Source of the DNA: a virus
Virus record (IMG/VR): IMGVR_UViG_3300037225_001188
Location: 1-64,000 of that record
Strand: one strand, 5' to 3'
DNA: 64,000 nucleotides
The notes under the pieces: generated by a model
Database searches by the model: none
The model's input: the letters and a program-made list of their open reading frames with translations, nothing else
What the model was told of the DNA's origin: nothing
In this document: positions 38,610-48,054 of the stretch, one piece after another
Layout: each line of letters begins with the position of its first letter
How positions within the stretch are numbered: position 1 is the first letter of the stretch
Translations under genes and position numbers: made by a program

Positions 38610-38860
38610 CAGCTACCACCTTTTTTCCTCTGCCCGTGCTCCTTGAGCCACTGCTCGACCACACACTTTGCGACTTCTTGCGACGTGAAGTGGCCGGGCC
38701 ATTCGTGGTGCTGGCCGCGGCACCAAGCCTCGGCGGCGAAGAGCCCGTGGATGCGCCACCACACGGCCCCTCCGGCGCCGACGTTGACGCCGCGGCCGTT
38801 CATCGCCTGCGAGCCGATGAGCAGGTCGGCACCGTCAGCCGTCCACCTACGCCGCGGCAT
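38609..38860 (-). CDS. hypothetical protein
   Basis: coupled ORF. Confidence 0.4.
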   Translation of the reverse strand: MPRRRWTADGADLLIGSQAMNGRGVNVGAGGAVWWRIHGLFAAEAWCRGQHHEWPGHFTSQEVAKCVVEQWLKEHGQRKKGGS

Positions 38861-39341
38861 CGGGGTCTTCGTAGCTGACGTCGAGACCGGCGGCGTCCAT
38901 AACGTGAGCCAGGGCCCTGGCGCGCTGCTCGTGCAGCTCCTTCATCGGCACTACTTTTTCCCCGGCCCACGTCCTGACTAAGTAGATCTCATCGTGCAGG
39001 AGCTGGCGCAGGACCTTGCACTCGTCGGGGGTGATGACGTTCCCGATGATGACGACGTCGCGATTGAGAAGGTCCTGGCTCACCGGCGTCTCGTTGACCA
39101 GGAACTCGAAGTCCTCGGTCTTTCGCGGCACCAGGCGGCCGCCGACGACCGCGCCGTCCCTGCGGACCACCAGCACGACCTCAGCGTACTCGCCGCACTC
39201 TAGGAATTTCGCCCGCTCCTCCTCACCCCAGCCGAGGCGAGAAGCCATGCTGCCCCACTCGTCGGGGTCCTTGATGTCGCCGAGGCGGACGGTGGCCGCG
39301 ACCTCGATGTCGGCCGGCATCTCGATCTGGTCCATGTTCAC
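38847..39341 (-). CDS. hypothetical protein
   Basis: GAGGAG RBS, GTGA coupling. Confidence 0.6.
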   Translation of the reverse strand: MNMDQIEMPADIEVAATVRLGDIKDPDEWGSMASRLGWGEEERAKFLECGEYAEVVLVVRRDGAVVGGRLVPRKTEDFEFLVNETPVSQDLLNRDVVIIGNVITPDECKVLRQLLHDEIYLVRTWAGEKVVPMKELHEQRARALAHVMDAAGLDVSYEDPDAAA

Positions 39342-40132
39342 CCCTCCTCGTCGAGGAGCTTGCCCGAGTCGACCACCTTCGCCAGTGGCGGCACCAGCTT
39401 CGCCCGCCGCCCCCGCAGCCGCTCGACGTCGGCCTGGTACCGGCGGTATCGCCCGTCGCTCTTGGCGAGGTCGACGGCGCCCTGGTACTCCACCTCGGTC
39501 GTGCGGACCCGGTCGCGGGCCTCGTCGGCGTCGAGCTTCGCCAGCTCCTCGGTGAGGTGCTCGGCGCGCACGAGCAGGTCCTTGGCCTCGGCGCGCAGTT
39601 CGTGGATCCGCTCCTCGCAAGCCTCAGCCATGACGAGCAGCGAGTCGTGCTCCTCTTCCAAGGCGGCCTCGTCGACCAGAGTCTGCTCAACCTCGGCCTG
39701 CACCTTGGCGATGGCCTCGTCGCGCTCGACCTTGAGCTGCGAGATGACCTTGGTGCGCTCGTCGACGTAGCGCTGCTTCTGGGTGATGACCTCGTCGATG
39801 CGCTCCACCTGCAGCTCGAGCGCGCTCTTGCCGTTGGGTTTGGGCGGAGGGGAGAGGTAGCCTGGCTGGACGTGCTCCTTGCGCAGGAACTCGGCGAGCT
39901 GTGACAGGATGCAGGCGCACGGCTCCAGCTTCTCTTTGTCCTTCTTGTGCTTCGCCCCGGGCTGGTACGTCAGCATGAGGCCGGGCTCGTTGGTGAGGCA
40001 GCTCTTGCACCTGGGCCGCGGTAGCACGGCGTAGCGGCCGGCGGCGTCCCCCTTCTCGATCTTGATGGAGTGGTAGCCCTTGGGCGGGTCGAGGTCGTCT
40101 GGGATGCGGATGACGGGCGTGACGGTGGACAT
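39338..40132 (-). CDS. Zn-motif + coiled-coil protein
   Basis: CKSC..CAC, long heptad region. Confidence 0.7.
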   Translation of the reverse strand: MSTVTPVIRIPDDLDPPKGYHSIKIEKGDAAGRYAVLPRPRCKSCLTNEPGLMLTYQPGAKHKKDKEKLEPCACILSQLAEFLRKEHVQPGYLSPPPKPNGKSALELQVERIDEVITQKQRYVDERTKVISQLKVERDEAIAKVQAEVEQTLVDEAALEEEHDSLLVMAEACEERIHELRAEAKDLLVRAEHLTEELAKLDADEARDRVRTTEVEYQGAVDLAKSDGRYRRYQADVERLRGRRAKLVPPLAKVVDSGKLLDEEG

Positions 40133-40353
40133 CAGCGTCTCCTCTTCTTTCCACGGGTCTCAGTGTCTCGGTGATTCTCCCGCCGAGCATGGTATTGGGT
40201 GAGCATGATGACCGGGCCCCGGCGGGCGGCCCGGCGGGCGGCGATGGCGCGGTAGATGAAATTGAGTGGTGGGGCCCCTTCGATGGCCCAGATGATGACG
40301 AGCGGGGTCATGAAGACGGCGACGGCGACGAGGTCGAACTGGGTGACGGTCAT
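40132..40353 (-). CDS. small membrane protein
   Basis: hydrophobic N-terminus. Confidence 0.5.
   Translation of the reverse strand: MTVTQFDLVAVAVFMTPLVIIWAIEGAPPLNFIYRAIAARRAARRGPVIMLTQYHARRENHRDTETRGKKRRR
40157..40210. repeat. 54-bp perfect direct repeat, copy 1
   Basis: identical to 41326-41379. Confidence 0.95.
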
Positions 40354-40505
40354 CGTCCTTGGTCCCAGTCTTTCTGCGCTCGTCGCCGGGCGCGGATCCC
40401 CTTGGCGATGCAGGCGACGACCGGGGCCGCGTCGAGCAGGAGGACCCCGAAGAACCATGCGGCGGCCAGCGCGAGCACCGCCTCCCAGGGTGAGAGGCCG
40501 ATCAT
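40350..40505 (-). CDS. small membrane protein
   Basis: ATGA coupling, hydrophobic. Confidence 0.5.
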   Translation of the reverse strand: MIGLSPWEAVLALAAAWFFGVLLLDAAPVVACIAKGIRARRRAQKDWDQGR

Positions 40506-41314
40506 GCTGCCAGCCCGCGGAACTCTTCGGCGAGGTAGCCGCTGGGGCAGCGCAGGTCTATCCACCGGATGACGTAGTCGAGGACGCTCTTGCAGGTCTT
40601 GATCTCCGGCGGGGAGCCGCGGACGAAGCCACTCGGCTCGAACTGCTGGAGCTTGAACTTCTCGTGCAAGATCTTCAGCGACACTCCGTACTGCATGGAG
40701 ATGCTGATCGACGTCGCGAAGGCGTCGATGAACCCGCTGATGTAGCCGCCCATCTTCGCCGCCTTGATGAACACCTCGCCAACCTTCCAGTCTTCGTAGA
40801 ACCCGACGGTGACGTAAACGCTGACGCCGTCCTTGTCCTCGTCGCCGATCTCAAAATGGTGGGTCAGGCTCTTGCGCTCGTCCGGTAGCTTCCAGCGGCA
40901 TGGCTCGGTGCACGGTGACTTGGTGTTCTTGCGGTACCACTCCTTACGAGCTTGCTCCCAGCTACGGATGGCGCCGACGTGGACCGGGGCCGCCGGCTCG
41001 GTCATGGGGATGGTGCTCATCCCGAAGACGTCGCGCAGCGATTCCTGGGTGATGAACCCAAACGGCGCAGCCTTGGCCGTAGCCATGTCGCGCTCGCGCT
41101 GGATCTTCCCGACGATGGCCTCGACTTCCTTGTCGCCGACTTCTTGGTCGCACTGGCGGCAGCGCTTCTGGTCGCCGGCCACATAGCGGTGGACAGCGCT
41201 GTGGCGCTGGCACGGTTCGCCGCTGGCCTCGCGCCACTGCTGGGTCTTGCCCGGCTTGAGGCCGTCGTCTGGGTGCTGGTCGATCGCGGCTGGCTTCGGC
41301 TTCCTCTTGCGCAC
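40502..41314 (-). CDS. stand-alone TSCPD-domain protein (class II RNR C-terminal / NrdJb-like) with N-terminal Zn motif
   Basis: LPDERKSLTH.F.IG, YVTVG.YED...GEVFI, SISMQYGV, FEPSG, S..DY. Confidence 0.85.
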   Translation of the reverse strand: MRKRKPKPAAIDQHPDDGLKPGKTQQWREASGEPCQRHSAVHRYVAGDQKRCRQCDQEVGDKEVEAIVGKIQRERDMATAKAAPFGFITQESLRDVFGMSTIPMTEPAAPVHVGAIRSWEQARKEWYRKNTKSPCTEPCRWKLPDERKSLTHHFEIGDEDKDGVSVYVTVGFYEDWKVGEVFIKAAKMGGYISGFIDAFATSISISMQYGVSLKILHEKFKLQQFEPSGFVRGSPPEIKTCKSVLDYVIRWIDLRCPSGYLAEEFRGLAA

Positions 41315-41325
41315 GTGGTTCTCCT

Positions 41326-41379
41326 GTCTCAGTGTCTCGGTGATTCTCCCGCCGAGCATGGTATTGGGTGAGCATGATG
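41326..41379. repeat. 54-bp perfect direct repeat, copy 2
   Basis: identical to 40157-40210. Confidence 0.95.
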
Positions 41380-41481
41380 TCAAAGCCCCACTACCGCATC
41401 TCCGCCGTCATGAGGTGTGGGTACCTGACTGGGCGTACGAGATTGGTTTTGGCGGTCAGGTGGTTGACGAGGCTTCTAGCC

Positions 41482-41772
41482 TCACGACTTCCACTTCGGC
41501 TCGCCGTGCTGCACCTCTGGCGAACGCAGCGGGAATTGCATGAGGGTGAGCGGGTCGACGCGCCGGAAGCTCTCGACCTCTCCCTTGGAGTTGCGCGTGA
41601 CCTCACAGAAGGCGTTGCCGAAGAGCAGCATGTCGCGCTCCATGAGGGCTCCGTCTCGCAGGAGGCGCTTGAGGCGAGCGTGGCGTACGAGGGCCCGCAC
41701 CATGAAAACAACAGCGACGAAGGTCGTGACCCCGACGACGACGTAGCCGAGCCAACCCCCGGCAAAGGTCAC
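41482..41772 (-). CDS. membrane-anchored hypothetical protein
   Basis: N-terminal TM. Confidence 0.55.
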   Translation of the reverse strand: MTFAGGWLGYVVVGVTTFVAVVFMVRALVRHARLKRLLRDGALMERDMLLFGNAFCEVTRNSKGEVESFRRVDPLTLMQFPLRSPEVQHGEPKWKS

Positions 41773-41794
41773 AGTGGCACCTCGACGTGTTTGT

Positions 41795-42007
41795 TCACGG
41801 CCGCCTCCGCGGCCGCTCGTCGCAGACGATGAGCGCGCTCATCGGGATGAGGGCGAGCTGCCCCGGGCGCAGCGGCCCGGCCGGCTCGCCGCGGTCGCTC
41901 CACGGAAGCTCGACGTCGACCTCGTCGCCGACCTTGCGGCCGGTTACCTTCACAGGGATGAAGGTCTCCAGGCTCCCGAACCTCGACTGCAGCCAGACCT
42001 GCGGCAT
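41795..42007 (-). CDS. hypothetical protein
   Basis: GAGGAG RBS. Confidence 0.55.
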   Translation of the reverse strand: MPQVWLQSRFGSLETFIPVKVTGRKVGDEVDVELPWSDRGEPAGPLRPGQLALIPMSALIVCDERPRRRP

Positions 42008-42315
42008 CAGCCCCTCCTCGTCCACAGCTCGTGGAGGTCGCCGGCGATGTCGAGGCGTTCGCTCTTTTCCGGGTAGTAGTCCTCGCCGCGCGCCTCGTAG
42101 AAGGCGCGGTCGTCTTCGTGCGGCGCCGGGCAGAGGGTGAATGACGGGGTGGTGTACGCCTCGCCGTCGATCATGGAGAGCGCGGCGAAGATCGCCCCGC
42201 GGATCTTCTTGCGCTCCGTGTCCCACCGCGGCTCGGTCACGGCGTACTCGACGATGTCGTCGAGGCGCTCGAGGAACCGCTCCTGCACCTGCTCGCGCGT
42301 CAGCTTCTCGCTCAT
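42007..42315 (-). CDS. conserved phage hypothetical protein
   Basis: AAGGAG RBS; F..L..IDG..P..D...G..Y..I.G.LHE pattern. Confidence 0.7.
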   Translation of the reverse strand: MSEKLTREQVQERFLERLDDIVEYAVTEPRWDTERKKIRGAIFAALSMIDGEAYTTPSFTLCPAPHEDDRAFYEARGEDYYPEKSERLDIAGDLHELWTRRG

Positions 42316-43712
42316 CGCCACTCCTTCGGGAGCAGCGCTCGGAACTCGTCGAGCAGCCGCTCCTTGTCCGCGGACATCTTCGTGAGGTACTGATCGGTGG
42401 ACAGGCCCTTCGCCCGCGTCGTCATGAGGTAGCTCTGGACCTCGACCGTGCGCTCCGCCTCGGGCAGGTGGGCGTGGCTGCCGTACCTGATGGCGCGCCC
42501 CTCGACCTGCTCGACCTTGCTGCGGTTCCAGCACGGCTCGATGACCTGCACCACGCGCGTGCCGACGAGGTCGAGGCCCTCGCCGCCGGCGCTGCTCACC
42601 AGCAGCACGCGGACCTCGCCGCGGTTGTACTGCAGCACGCCGAGGTCGCGCTTCGCCCTGGGGTCCTCGCCAGTGAAGGTGGCGTAGCGGATGCCGAGCG
42701 CGTCCAGGCGGCGGCGGTACGGCTCGAGGCCGGCGGCGATGAAGTTGGAGTAGACGAGGACCTTGGCCCGCGGGCTGCTGCCGAGCGCATCCTGCAGCCT
42801 CCTGACCGCAGCGTCCACCTTCGGCGCCGCCCCCTCCCACTCGTCGCACACCTGGCGCGAGCGGCACAGGAAGGCGTTCACCTTGCCGGCGTCCCTGCGC
42901 CGCGGGGCGAGGCCGGCGGCGACCATGATGCTGACCCAGGCAGGCACCTCCCCGCGCAGCCGGAGGTGCTCCTCCTCCTGCTGGTCGGTCATCGGCACCA
43001 ACACCTCGGTCCGCCGGACGCGCGGGAAGCCGACCGTGCTGTTGGGGTGATAGTCGACGGTGCGTGAGAGGACGCCGCGCAGCTCCTCGGCGTAGTAGGC
43101 ATCGAGGTGCGGTTCGACGCCGTCGCGGGCGCCACGGAGGAGCCGCTCCCACCACCGGGCCGGGGCCGGGCGGTCCTTGACGAAGTAGCTCTCGAAGTCT
43201 TTGCCGACCTGGAGGGTGTCGTCGTCGATGGTGACGGCGTGGAGCAGCGTGGAGATGTCCTTCGGGTGGTCGTAGAACGGGGTCGCCGTCAAGATGAGCC
43301 GCTTCTGCGACATCTTCCTCACGTTGAAGACTCGCTGGGCGGTAGCAGAGAGGTCGTTGCGGCCGCGGTGCCCTTCGTCGATGATGACGAGCGGGGCGGC
43401 GATCGACGCGGCCAAGGTGTAGTCCTTGGCGCAGCTCTGGAGGCTGAGGATGCGGCGCTTGAGCGTGCTGCCGGGCGCCCAGCGGCGGACCTCCTTCTCG
43501 TAATTCTTGACGAGGCTGGCTGGGACTACGATGTCGGCTTCGCAGTTCAGCGCCTCCTGGACGGCGATGCTGGTCAGCGTCTTGCCGGAGCCGAGTCCGT
43601 GCGCGGCGATGAGCCCCTCTCGATCGGGCTCGAGCATCCGCATGACGACGCGCTGCTGGTGGGGGAGGAGCATCGGCCAGAGGCTGTTGGCTGCTGCGGT
43701 GGACGGCATCAC
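42312..43712 (-). CDS. SNF2-like helicase
   Basis: LLPHQ, HGLGSGKT, VVPASL, DEGH, TATP, EGLDL, WN...QVEGRA.R.GSH. Confidence 0.92.
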   Translation of the reverse strand: MMPSTAAANSLWPMLLPHQQRVVMRMLEPDREGLIAAHGLGSGKTLTSIAVQEALNCEADIVVPASLVKNYEKEVRRWAPGSTLKRRILSLQSCAKDYTLAASIAAPLVIIDEGHRGRNDLSATAQRVFNVRKMSQKRLILTATPFYDHPKDISTLLHAVTIDDDTLQVGKDFESYFVKDRPAPARWWERLLRGARDGVEPHLDAYYAEELRGVLSRTVDYHPNSTVGFPRVRRTEVLVPMTDQQEEEHLRLRGEVPAWVSIMVAAGLAPRRRDAGKVNAFLCRSRQVCDEWEGAAPKVDAAVRRLQDALGSSPRAKVLVYSNFIAAGLEPYRRRLDALGIRYATFTGEDPRAKRDLGVLQYNRGEVRVLLVSSAGGEGLDLVGTRVVQVIEPCWNRSKVEQVEGRAIRYGSHAHLPEAERTVEVQSYLMTTRAKGLSTDQYLTKMSADKERLLDEFRALLPKEWR

Positions 43713-43984
43713 GCTCTACCTCCCGGCTCCCACGCTCGCACCGCGTCGACCACCTCGCAGCGTTCCTCGGGCGTGAGCTTGCCCCACATCTTGTTAGTCT
43801 TGATGTGCTTCAGCATCACGCTGAACCACCATTCGTCGCCGGCGATGTCGCTGTTCATCCTGAGGTTGACGTCGAGGAACCTGACCGCTTCGCGAAAAGC
43901 AGCATCGTCGCTGCCGCCGGCTCGCAGGAACTCGTGGCGCGCGTGCTGGTAGATCCCTTTTACCTTGCCGATCGAGATGATCAT
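43709..43984 (-). CDS. hypothetical protein (may be extended in frame to GTG 44116)
   Basis: ORF MIISIGKVKG. Confidence 0.6.
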   Translation of the reverse strand: MIISIGKVKGIYQHARHEFLRAGGSDDAAFREAVRFLDVNLRMNSDIAGDEWWFSVMLKHIKTNKMWGKLTPEERCEVVDAVRAWEPGGRA

Positions 43985-44048
43985 CAGAACCTCGGCGCGG
44001 AAGCCCCGTCCTTCAGGGCGGGGAGGAAGCGCCGCTCCCCTGGTTGAC
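43985..44048 (+). mobile_element. orphan IS200/IS605-type left end
   Basis: TCAT, then TCGGCGCGGA-hairpin-GAGGAAGCGCCGCTCC-GGTTGAC, homologous to 52148-52215. Confidence 0.75.
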
Positions 44049-44112
44049 GGCTGAGGTATCCATGGTTGCGGCGTTGCCCGGTGCTGCCTCGCCCGCTCGA
44101 CGATCGAGCGGG

Positions 44113-44436
44113 TCACCGCTTCCCTCCGCCGAAGTCGAGGTGCGGGATGATGATGCGGTGCTCGCCGGCGATGGCCCGCTTGACGTGCCGCACCAGCATG
44201 GTGCCGACCTGCTGGCGCAGCGCCGGCAGGTCGTGGATGAGCTGGTCGACCATCTTCATCGCCACCCCGGCGCTCGCCTCGTCGACCCCGAGGTCGTCGA
44301 CCATCTCGCGCGAGAATGCGAGGCCGAGCTTGAGGACGTTCTGCATGGGCGGCTTGCGGTGGACCAGGGCGTCGTCCCCGCTGCGCACCCCGAGGTCGAG
44401 CAGCATCTGCAAGTGGTAGATCGTAGGCTCAGCCAT
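44113..44436 (-). CDS. hypothetical protein
   Basis: AAGGAGG RBS. Confidence 0.65.
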   Translation of the reverse strand: MAEPTIYHLQMLLDLGVRSGDDALVHRKPPMQNVLKLGLAFSREMVDDLGVDEASAGVAMKMVDQLIHDLPALRQQVGTMLVRHVKRAIAGEHRIIIPHLDFGGGKR

Positions 44437-44698
44437 GGGTCGCCTCCTTCACGTACGTCGCCAGCGCGGCGAGCGTCGTGGCCCAGTCCTGGGCCTGGGG
44501 CCCGACCTCGATGGTGGTCTCCCCCTCCAGGTCCTCGCCGACGATGTCATCGCTCCCGCAGACGGGGCACTTGCCGTCGGCGTACATGACGCTGTTGGTG
44601 ACGGTCCACGTCAGGGACCCGGGGTGGTCGGCCACGCGGCCGCAGCCGTTGCAGGTGATGCGACAGGTGTGGACGACGACCGAGATCTTGCCGGTCAC
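44429..44698 (-). CDS. Zn-ribbon hypothetical protein
   Basis: CNGC, CPVC. Confidence 0.6.
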   Translation of the reverse strand: MTGKISVVVHTCRITCNGCGRVADHPGSLTWTVTNSVMYADGKCPVCGSDDIVGEDLEGETTIEVGPQAQDWATTLAALATYVKEATHG

Positions 44699-44901
44699 GG
44701 CTTGATCCCGCACGCCCGGTCCACCTGCGACCTCAGGCTCGGCTCCGGGTGCGTCAGGGCCCCGCACTCCGGGCACTCCCCGCTCGGCGTGGGCTCGCCC
44801 GGAGCCACGCGCTGCTCCAGGCACTTCACCTCCTCGAGCGGGATGATCATGTCGTCGCTGAAGACCAGGTCGCAGTTCTGGCAGCGGTGGTGCTCCATCA
44901 C
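44695..44901 (-). CDS. Zn-ribbon protein
   Basis: CQNC...RVAPGEP.PSGECPECGAL. Confidence 0.7.
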   Translation of the reverse strand: MMEHHRCQNCDLVFSDDMIIPLEEVKCLEQRVAPGEPTPSGECPECGALTHPEPSLRSQVDRACGIKP

Positions 44902-45041
44902 TTGCCCTCCTTGTCGATCTCCGCGATGGCGAACTCGAGGGCCTCGCGGTACTGGTCAGCCATCGCCTTGACCGTGCTCTGCTCGAGCGACGCGAGCATC
45001 TCCCGCAGGCGTCGCTTCATCTCCTCGGCGTGCTCGCTCAT
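44898..45041 (-). CDS. small hypothetical protein
   Basis: GAGGAGG RBS. Confidence 0.55.
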   Translation of the reverse strand: MSEHAEEMKRRLREMLASLEQSTVKAMADQYREALEFAIAEIDKEGK

Positions 45042-45076
45042 CGTCGCCTCCTCACCTCGTTGTACGTGGGCGGTTT

Positions 45077-45904
45077 TCACCGCTTTGCCAGCCGGTTGAC
45101 GTCGAACCGCTCGTCGGGCACGAACTGGGACCAGAAGTACGTGGACTTCTTCAGGTCCTTGCACGTCACCGCCCGCAAGAGCGACCGCTTCTGGACCTCG
45201 TTGGTCATGGCCTCGGCGCGGCGGCGCATCTTGTCGAGGATGGTGGCGGCGACGTCGGCCTCGTCGATGCACTCCCAGCTCTCGGCCACCACGAAGCTCC
45301 GCCCCTGGCGCCGCATGCGCCTGACCACGGCGTGGCAGGCGTCGGCGACGTGGACGAGCCGGGCCGGGCGACGACCCTTGGCCTGCTCGTCGGCGCGGTG
45401 CTCGGGCTTGGCGGCTGAGGCCTCGGCCTGGCTCGCGCCACGGCGCACGACGGTTAGGTCGAAGAACGCCAGCTCCTCGACCAGGTCTTCTCCCGTGGTG
45501 TAGCTGGAGTTCTCGAGCTGGTTCGAGACCTCGCCGGCCGCGTCCTCCACCTGGATGGCAGCCTCGTTCGCCTCCTCTCGCATGGGCTCGAGCGTGGTCA
45601 CGAGCGTCGCGAGCTTCTCCGCGACCTTGCCAAGCTCGGCGTTCAGCTCCTTGGAGAGGGTCTTCCATTCGTCGAGGTCGTGGTAGTCCTCCTCGTCGAT
45701 GCCGTCGCCGATGGTCTCGCCGACGTCCTTCAGCTCGCCCACCACGTTGTCGACGATCTTCCCGATGGCTTCCTCGAGCTTGGTGCGCTTCTCGGCCAGG
45801 TCGTTGACGAGCTTCGAGACGCTGCCGTCGACCGGGTTGAGCATCCGCTCGACCACGCGGTCGAGGTCCAGCTTGACCAGGAACTGGGCAGACTTGATGG
45901 ACAT
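45077..45904 (-). CDS. helical/coiled-coil hypothetical protein
   Basis: hairpin + GAGGAG leader. Confidence 0.7.
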   Translation of the reverse strand: MSIKSAQFLVKLDLDRVVERMLNPVDGSVSKLVNDLAEKRTKLEEAIGKIVDNVVGELKDVGETIGDGIDEEDYHDLDEWKTLSKELNAELGKVAEKLATLVTTLEPMREEANEAAIQVEDAAGEVSNQLENSSYTTGEDLVEELAFFDLTVVRRGASQAEASAAKPEHRADEQAKGRRPARLVHVADACHAVVRRMRRQGRSFVVAESWECIDEADVAATILDKMRRRAEAMTNEVQKRSLLRAVTCKDLKKSTYFWSQFVPDERFDVNRLAKR

Positions 45905-45947
45905 TGACGCTCCTCTCCCGAGTGAAGCTCGGGGCTGGTGACGTGGG

Positions 45948-46190
45948 TCAGTCCTCCCACTTCATGCCGAGGATCTTCTTGATCGCTCGGGCCGGGCCGC
46001 CGATGCTGGCGAGCTGGTCCTTGCTCCCGCCCCGGCGTAGGTACTCGTCGTAGGCGGTGCGGGCGAAGAACGGGGTGGACGCCGCTGACGCCGCCTCTCG
46101 TCCATGCTCGCGCCGCAGGTCGCTCACCATCGCGATGATGATCGGGTCCTTCTCCAGGCGCTCGACCTCCTTGATGCGGTAGAGGTCCAT
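45948..46190 (-). CDS. hypothetical protein
   Basis: TGATG coupling with the corrected upstream gene. Confidence 0.55.
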   Translation of the reverse strand: MDLYRIKEVERLEKDPIIIAMVSDLRREHGREAASAASTPFFARTAYDEYLRRGGSKDQLASIGGPARAIKKILGMKWED

Positions 46191-46892
46191 CACAGCGCGA
46201 CCCCGTTGCCGCCGCAGGTCTTGCAATCTGAGTTGACGTGGCCGCCTGGCTCGCCGTCTCCGTTGCAGTCCTTGCACCCGTGGGGTACCGTCCCAGATCT
46301 CCTGCGCCTGGTCCTCCACGTTGCTCACCGCGTCGTCCAGGTCCTTGGGCGCGCACGGCAGGTCGACCGGGCTGGCCTGGGCCTCCGCGTCGCTGCCCTC
46401 CACGATGCTGCCGCACAGGAAGGTCCAGACCTTGCGCTCGGCCTTGGGCATGTCGATGTCGCAGGTGACGCGCACCTGCGACTTGCCGATCAAGTAGTGC
46501 GGCTGGTGCTCGCGCTCGAAGACTTCGAGCAGTTCCTGGAAGGTCTCATCCATCTCGACGAGGTCGCCTTCCAGGTCGCGGACCCCGATGCACAGGTAAG
46601 CCTTGACCGCGCCCGGCAGCTGCTCGAGCGGGACCAGCTTGCCGTGGAGCGGACGGGCGCTCACGACCTTGACGCCAGGGCTGGCGTCCTCGAGCAGCAC
46701 GACCCACTTCACCGGGCGCTTCCCGACCTCGCGCTTGACCTGGATGACCTTGCCCCAGGCGCCGCAGCTCGTGTCCTTGTAGAGGCGGCGGGAGAGCCGC
46801 TCGTTGAGGGATTCGAGGTCGGTGTGCGGGTCGGACCCGAAGTACCTGGCGACGTCCTGCGGGGTGCGGATGGACTGAGCGATCTTGGTCAT
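46190..46892 (-). CDS. hypothetical protein with apparent +1 frameshift at 46282-46285
   Basis: shifted frame gives THGCKDC...DCKTCGGNG and stops at 46190-46192. Confidence 0.6.
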
Positions 46893-47032
46893 CGGCTACC
46901 TCCGCTTGGCTTCGCCAGCCCGAGTGGCTGGCCGGTGGCGCACCGCTGCGTTCCCGCACGCGGCCAGCTACGTCCGCATCGTGAAGCCGGTCTCCTTGTT
47001 CGCGAGGACGATGTGCTCAGGGTTCTTCATGG

Positions 47033-47392
47033 CTACTCCTTCCCGTAGAAGTCGAAGGTGATGCTGTAGTTGAACTCGCCGTCGTCGAACTCGAACGGCG
47101 CTTCGTCGAGGTCATCGATGACGTCCTCCATGTCGTAGAGGTGCTCGCCGCTCGGGCTGGTGATGAGGACCCCGCCGTAGTAGTTGCTCTCGCCGCTCGC
47201 GAGGAACAGCCAGATCGTGTTGCCGTTGGGCAGCTTGTCGCGCACCTGGCGGAGGTCGCGGCGGTACGGCTTCGGGTTGTTGGCGCGGACGTCGTACGCC
47301 CGGGGTGCCTCGATGTCGTCGAAGCCCAGCTTGATGAGCCGCTTCCAGCAGAGGGGGACGTTGAGCTTGGCGTAGAAGGTGGGCCTACTCAT
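47033..47392 (-). CDS. hypothetical protein
   Basis: ORF. Confidence 0.6.
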   Translation of the reverse strand: MSRPTFYAKLNVPLCWKRLIKLGFDDIEAPRAYDVRANNPKPYRRDLRQVRDKLPNGNTIWLFLASGESNYYGGVLITSPSGEHLYDMEDVIDDLDEAPFEFDDGEFNYSITFDFYGKE

Positions 47393-48011
47393 GGCAGCAC
47401 GCCTCGGCCGCCGGCGCCGTCAGCTTCTCCGGCATCTCGGGCTTCTTGCCGATGAAGTCGTGGTAGTTCTTGAGGTACTCGGCGTCGCCCTCGAAGCGGC
47501 ACTCGTCGCCTTGGACGTAGTGCGCCACCTCTGAGGTCATGTAGTCCATGTCGTTCCCGTAGTAGCCGAAGCCGCTGGCGTCCGGGATGTCGCGAACCTC
47601 CGTGTGCCCGCACGGGAGGGTGACCTCCTCCTGGACCCTGTAGCCGTAGCACTCGCCGTTGCACCAGCAAGTGAAGGTCTCGAGGAAGGTGTCGGCATCC
47701 TTCTCCCGATCGGCGTAGGTCTTGTTGCCTATCTCCTTCGGGTCGTACTCCCAGAGCAAGAGCCCGTCGGCGTGGTCGAAGTCCTGCTGGTCACCGGCCG
47801 TCGTCCACGAGCAGAGGCCGTGCTCGGAGTAGCGGAGCAGGAAGGCGAGCCCGACCTGCAGCTTGCGGCGCAGGCCGATGGTGGGCGGGAGGAGCTTCTC
47901 CTTGTCGACGCTGTGCTTGTGGTGACGCTTGAACGAGTAGACCTTCCACTGGCAGTCCATCTCGTCGGGGCGCGGGGCGAAGTCGTCGGTCATCAGGCGG
48001 ACGATCTTCAT
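47385..48011 (-). CDS. conserved phage hypothetical protein (W.NGE.YGY motif)
   Basis: hairpin-AGAAGGAG leader. Confidence 0.7.
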   Translation of the reverse strand: MKIVRLMTDDFAPRPDEMDCQWKVYSFKRHHKHSVDKEKLLPPTIGLRRKLQVGLAFLLRYSEHGLCSWTTAGDQQDFDHADGLLLWEYDPKEIGNKTYADREKDADTFLETFTCWCNGECYGYRVQEEVTLPCGHTEVRDIPDASGFGYYGNDMDYMTSEVAHYVQGDECRFEGDAEYLKNYHDFIGKKPEMPEKLTAPAAEACCHE

Positions 48012-48054
48012 GGGTGCTTGCTCCTTCTCCTGCCGGGAGGGCAGGCGGTAGTGG

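Noticed and set aside
40157-41379. attL/attR of an integrated element
   Set aside because: No integrase between or near the repeats and no tRNA similarity; kept only as a direct repeat.
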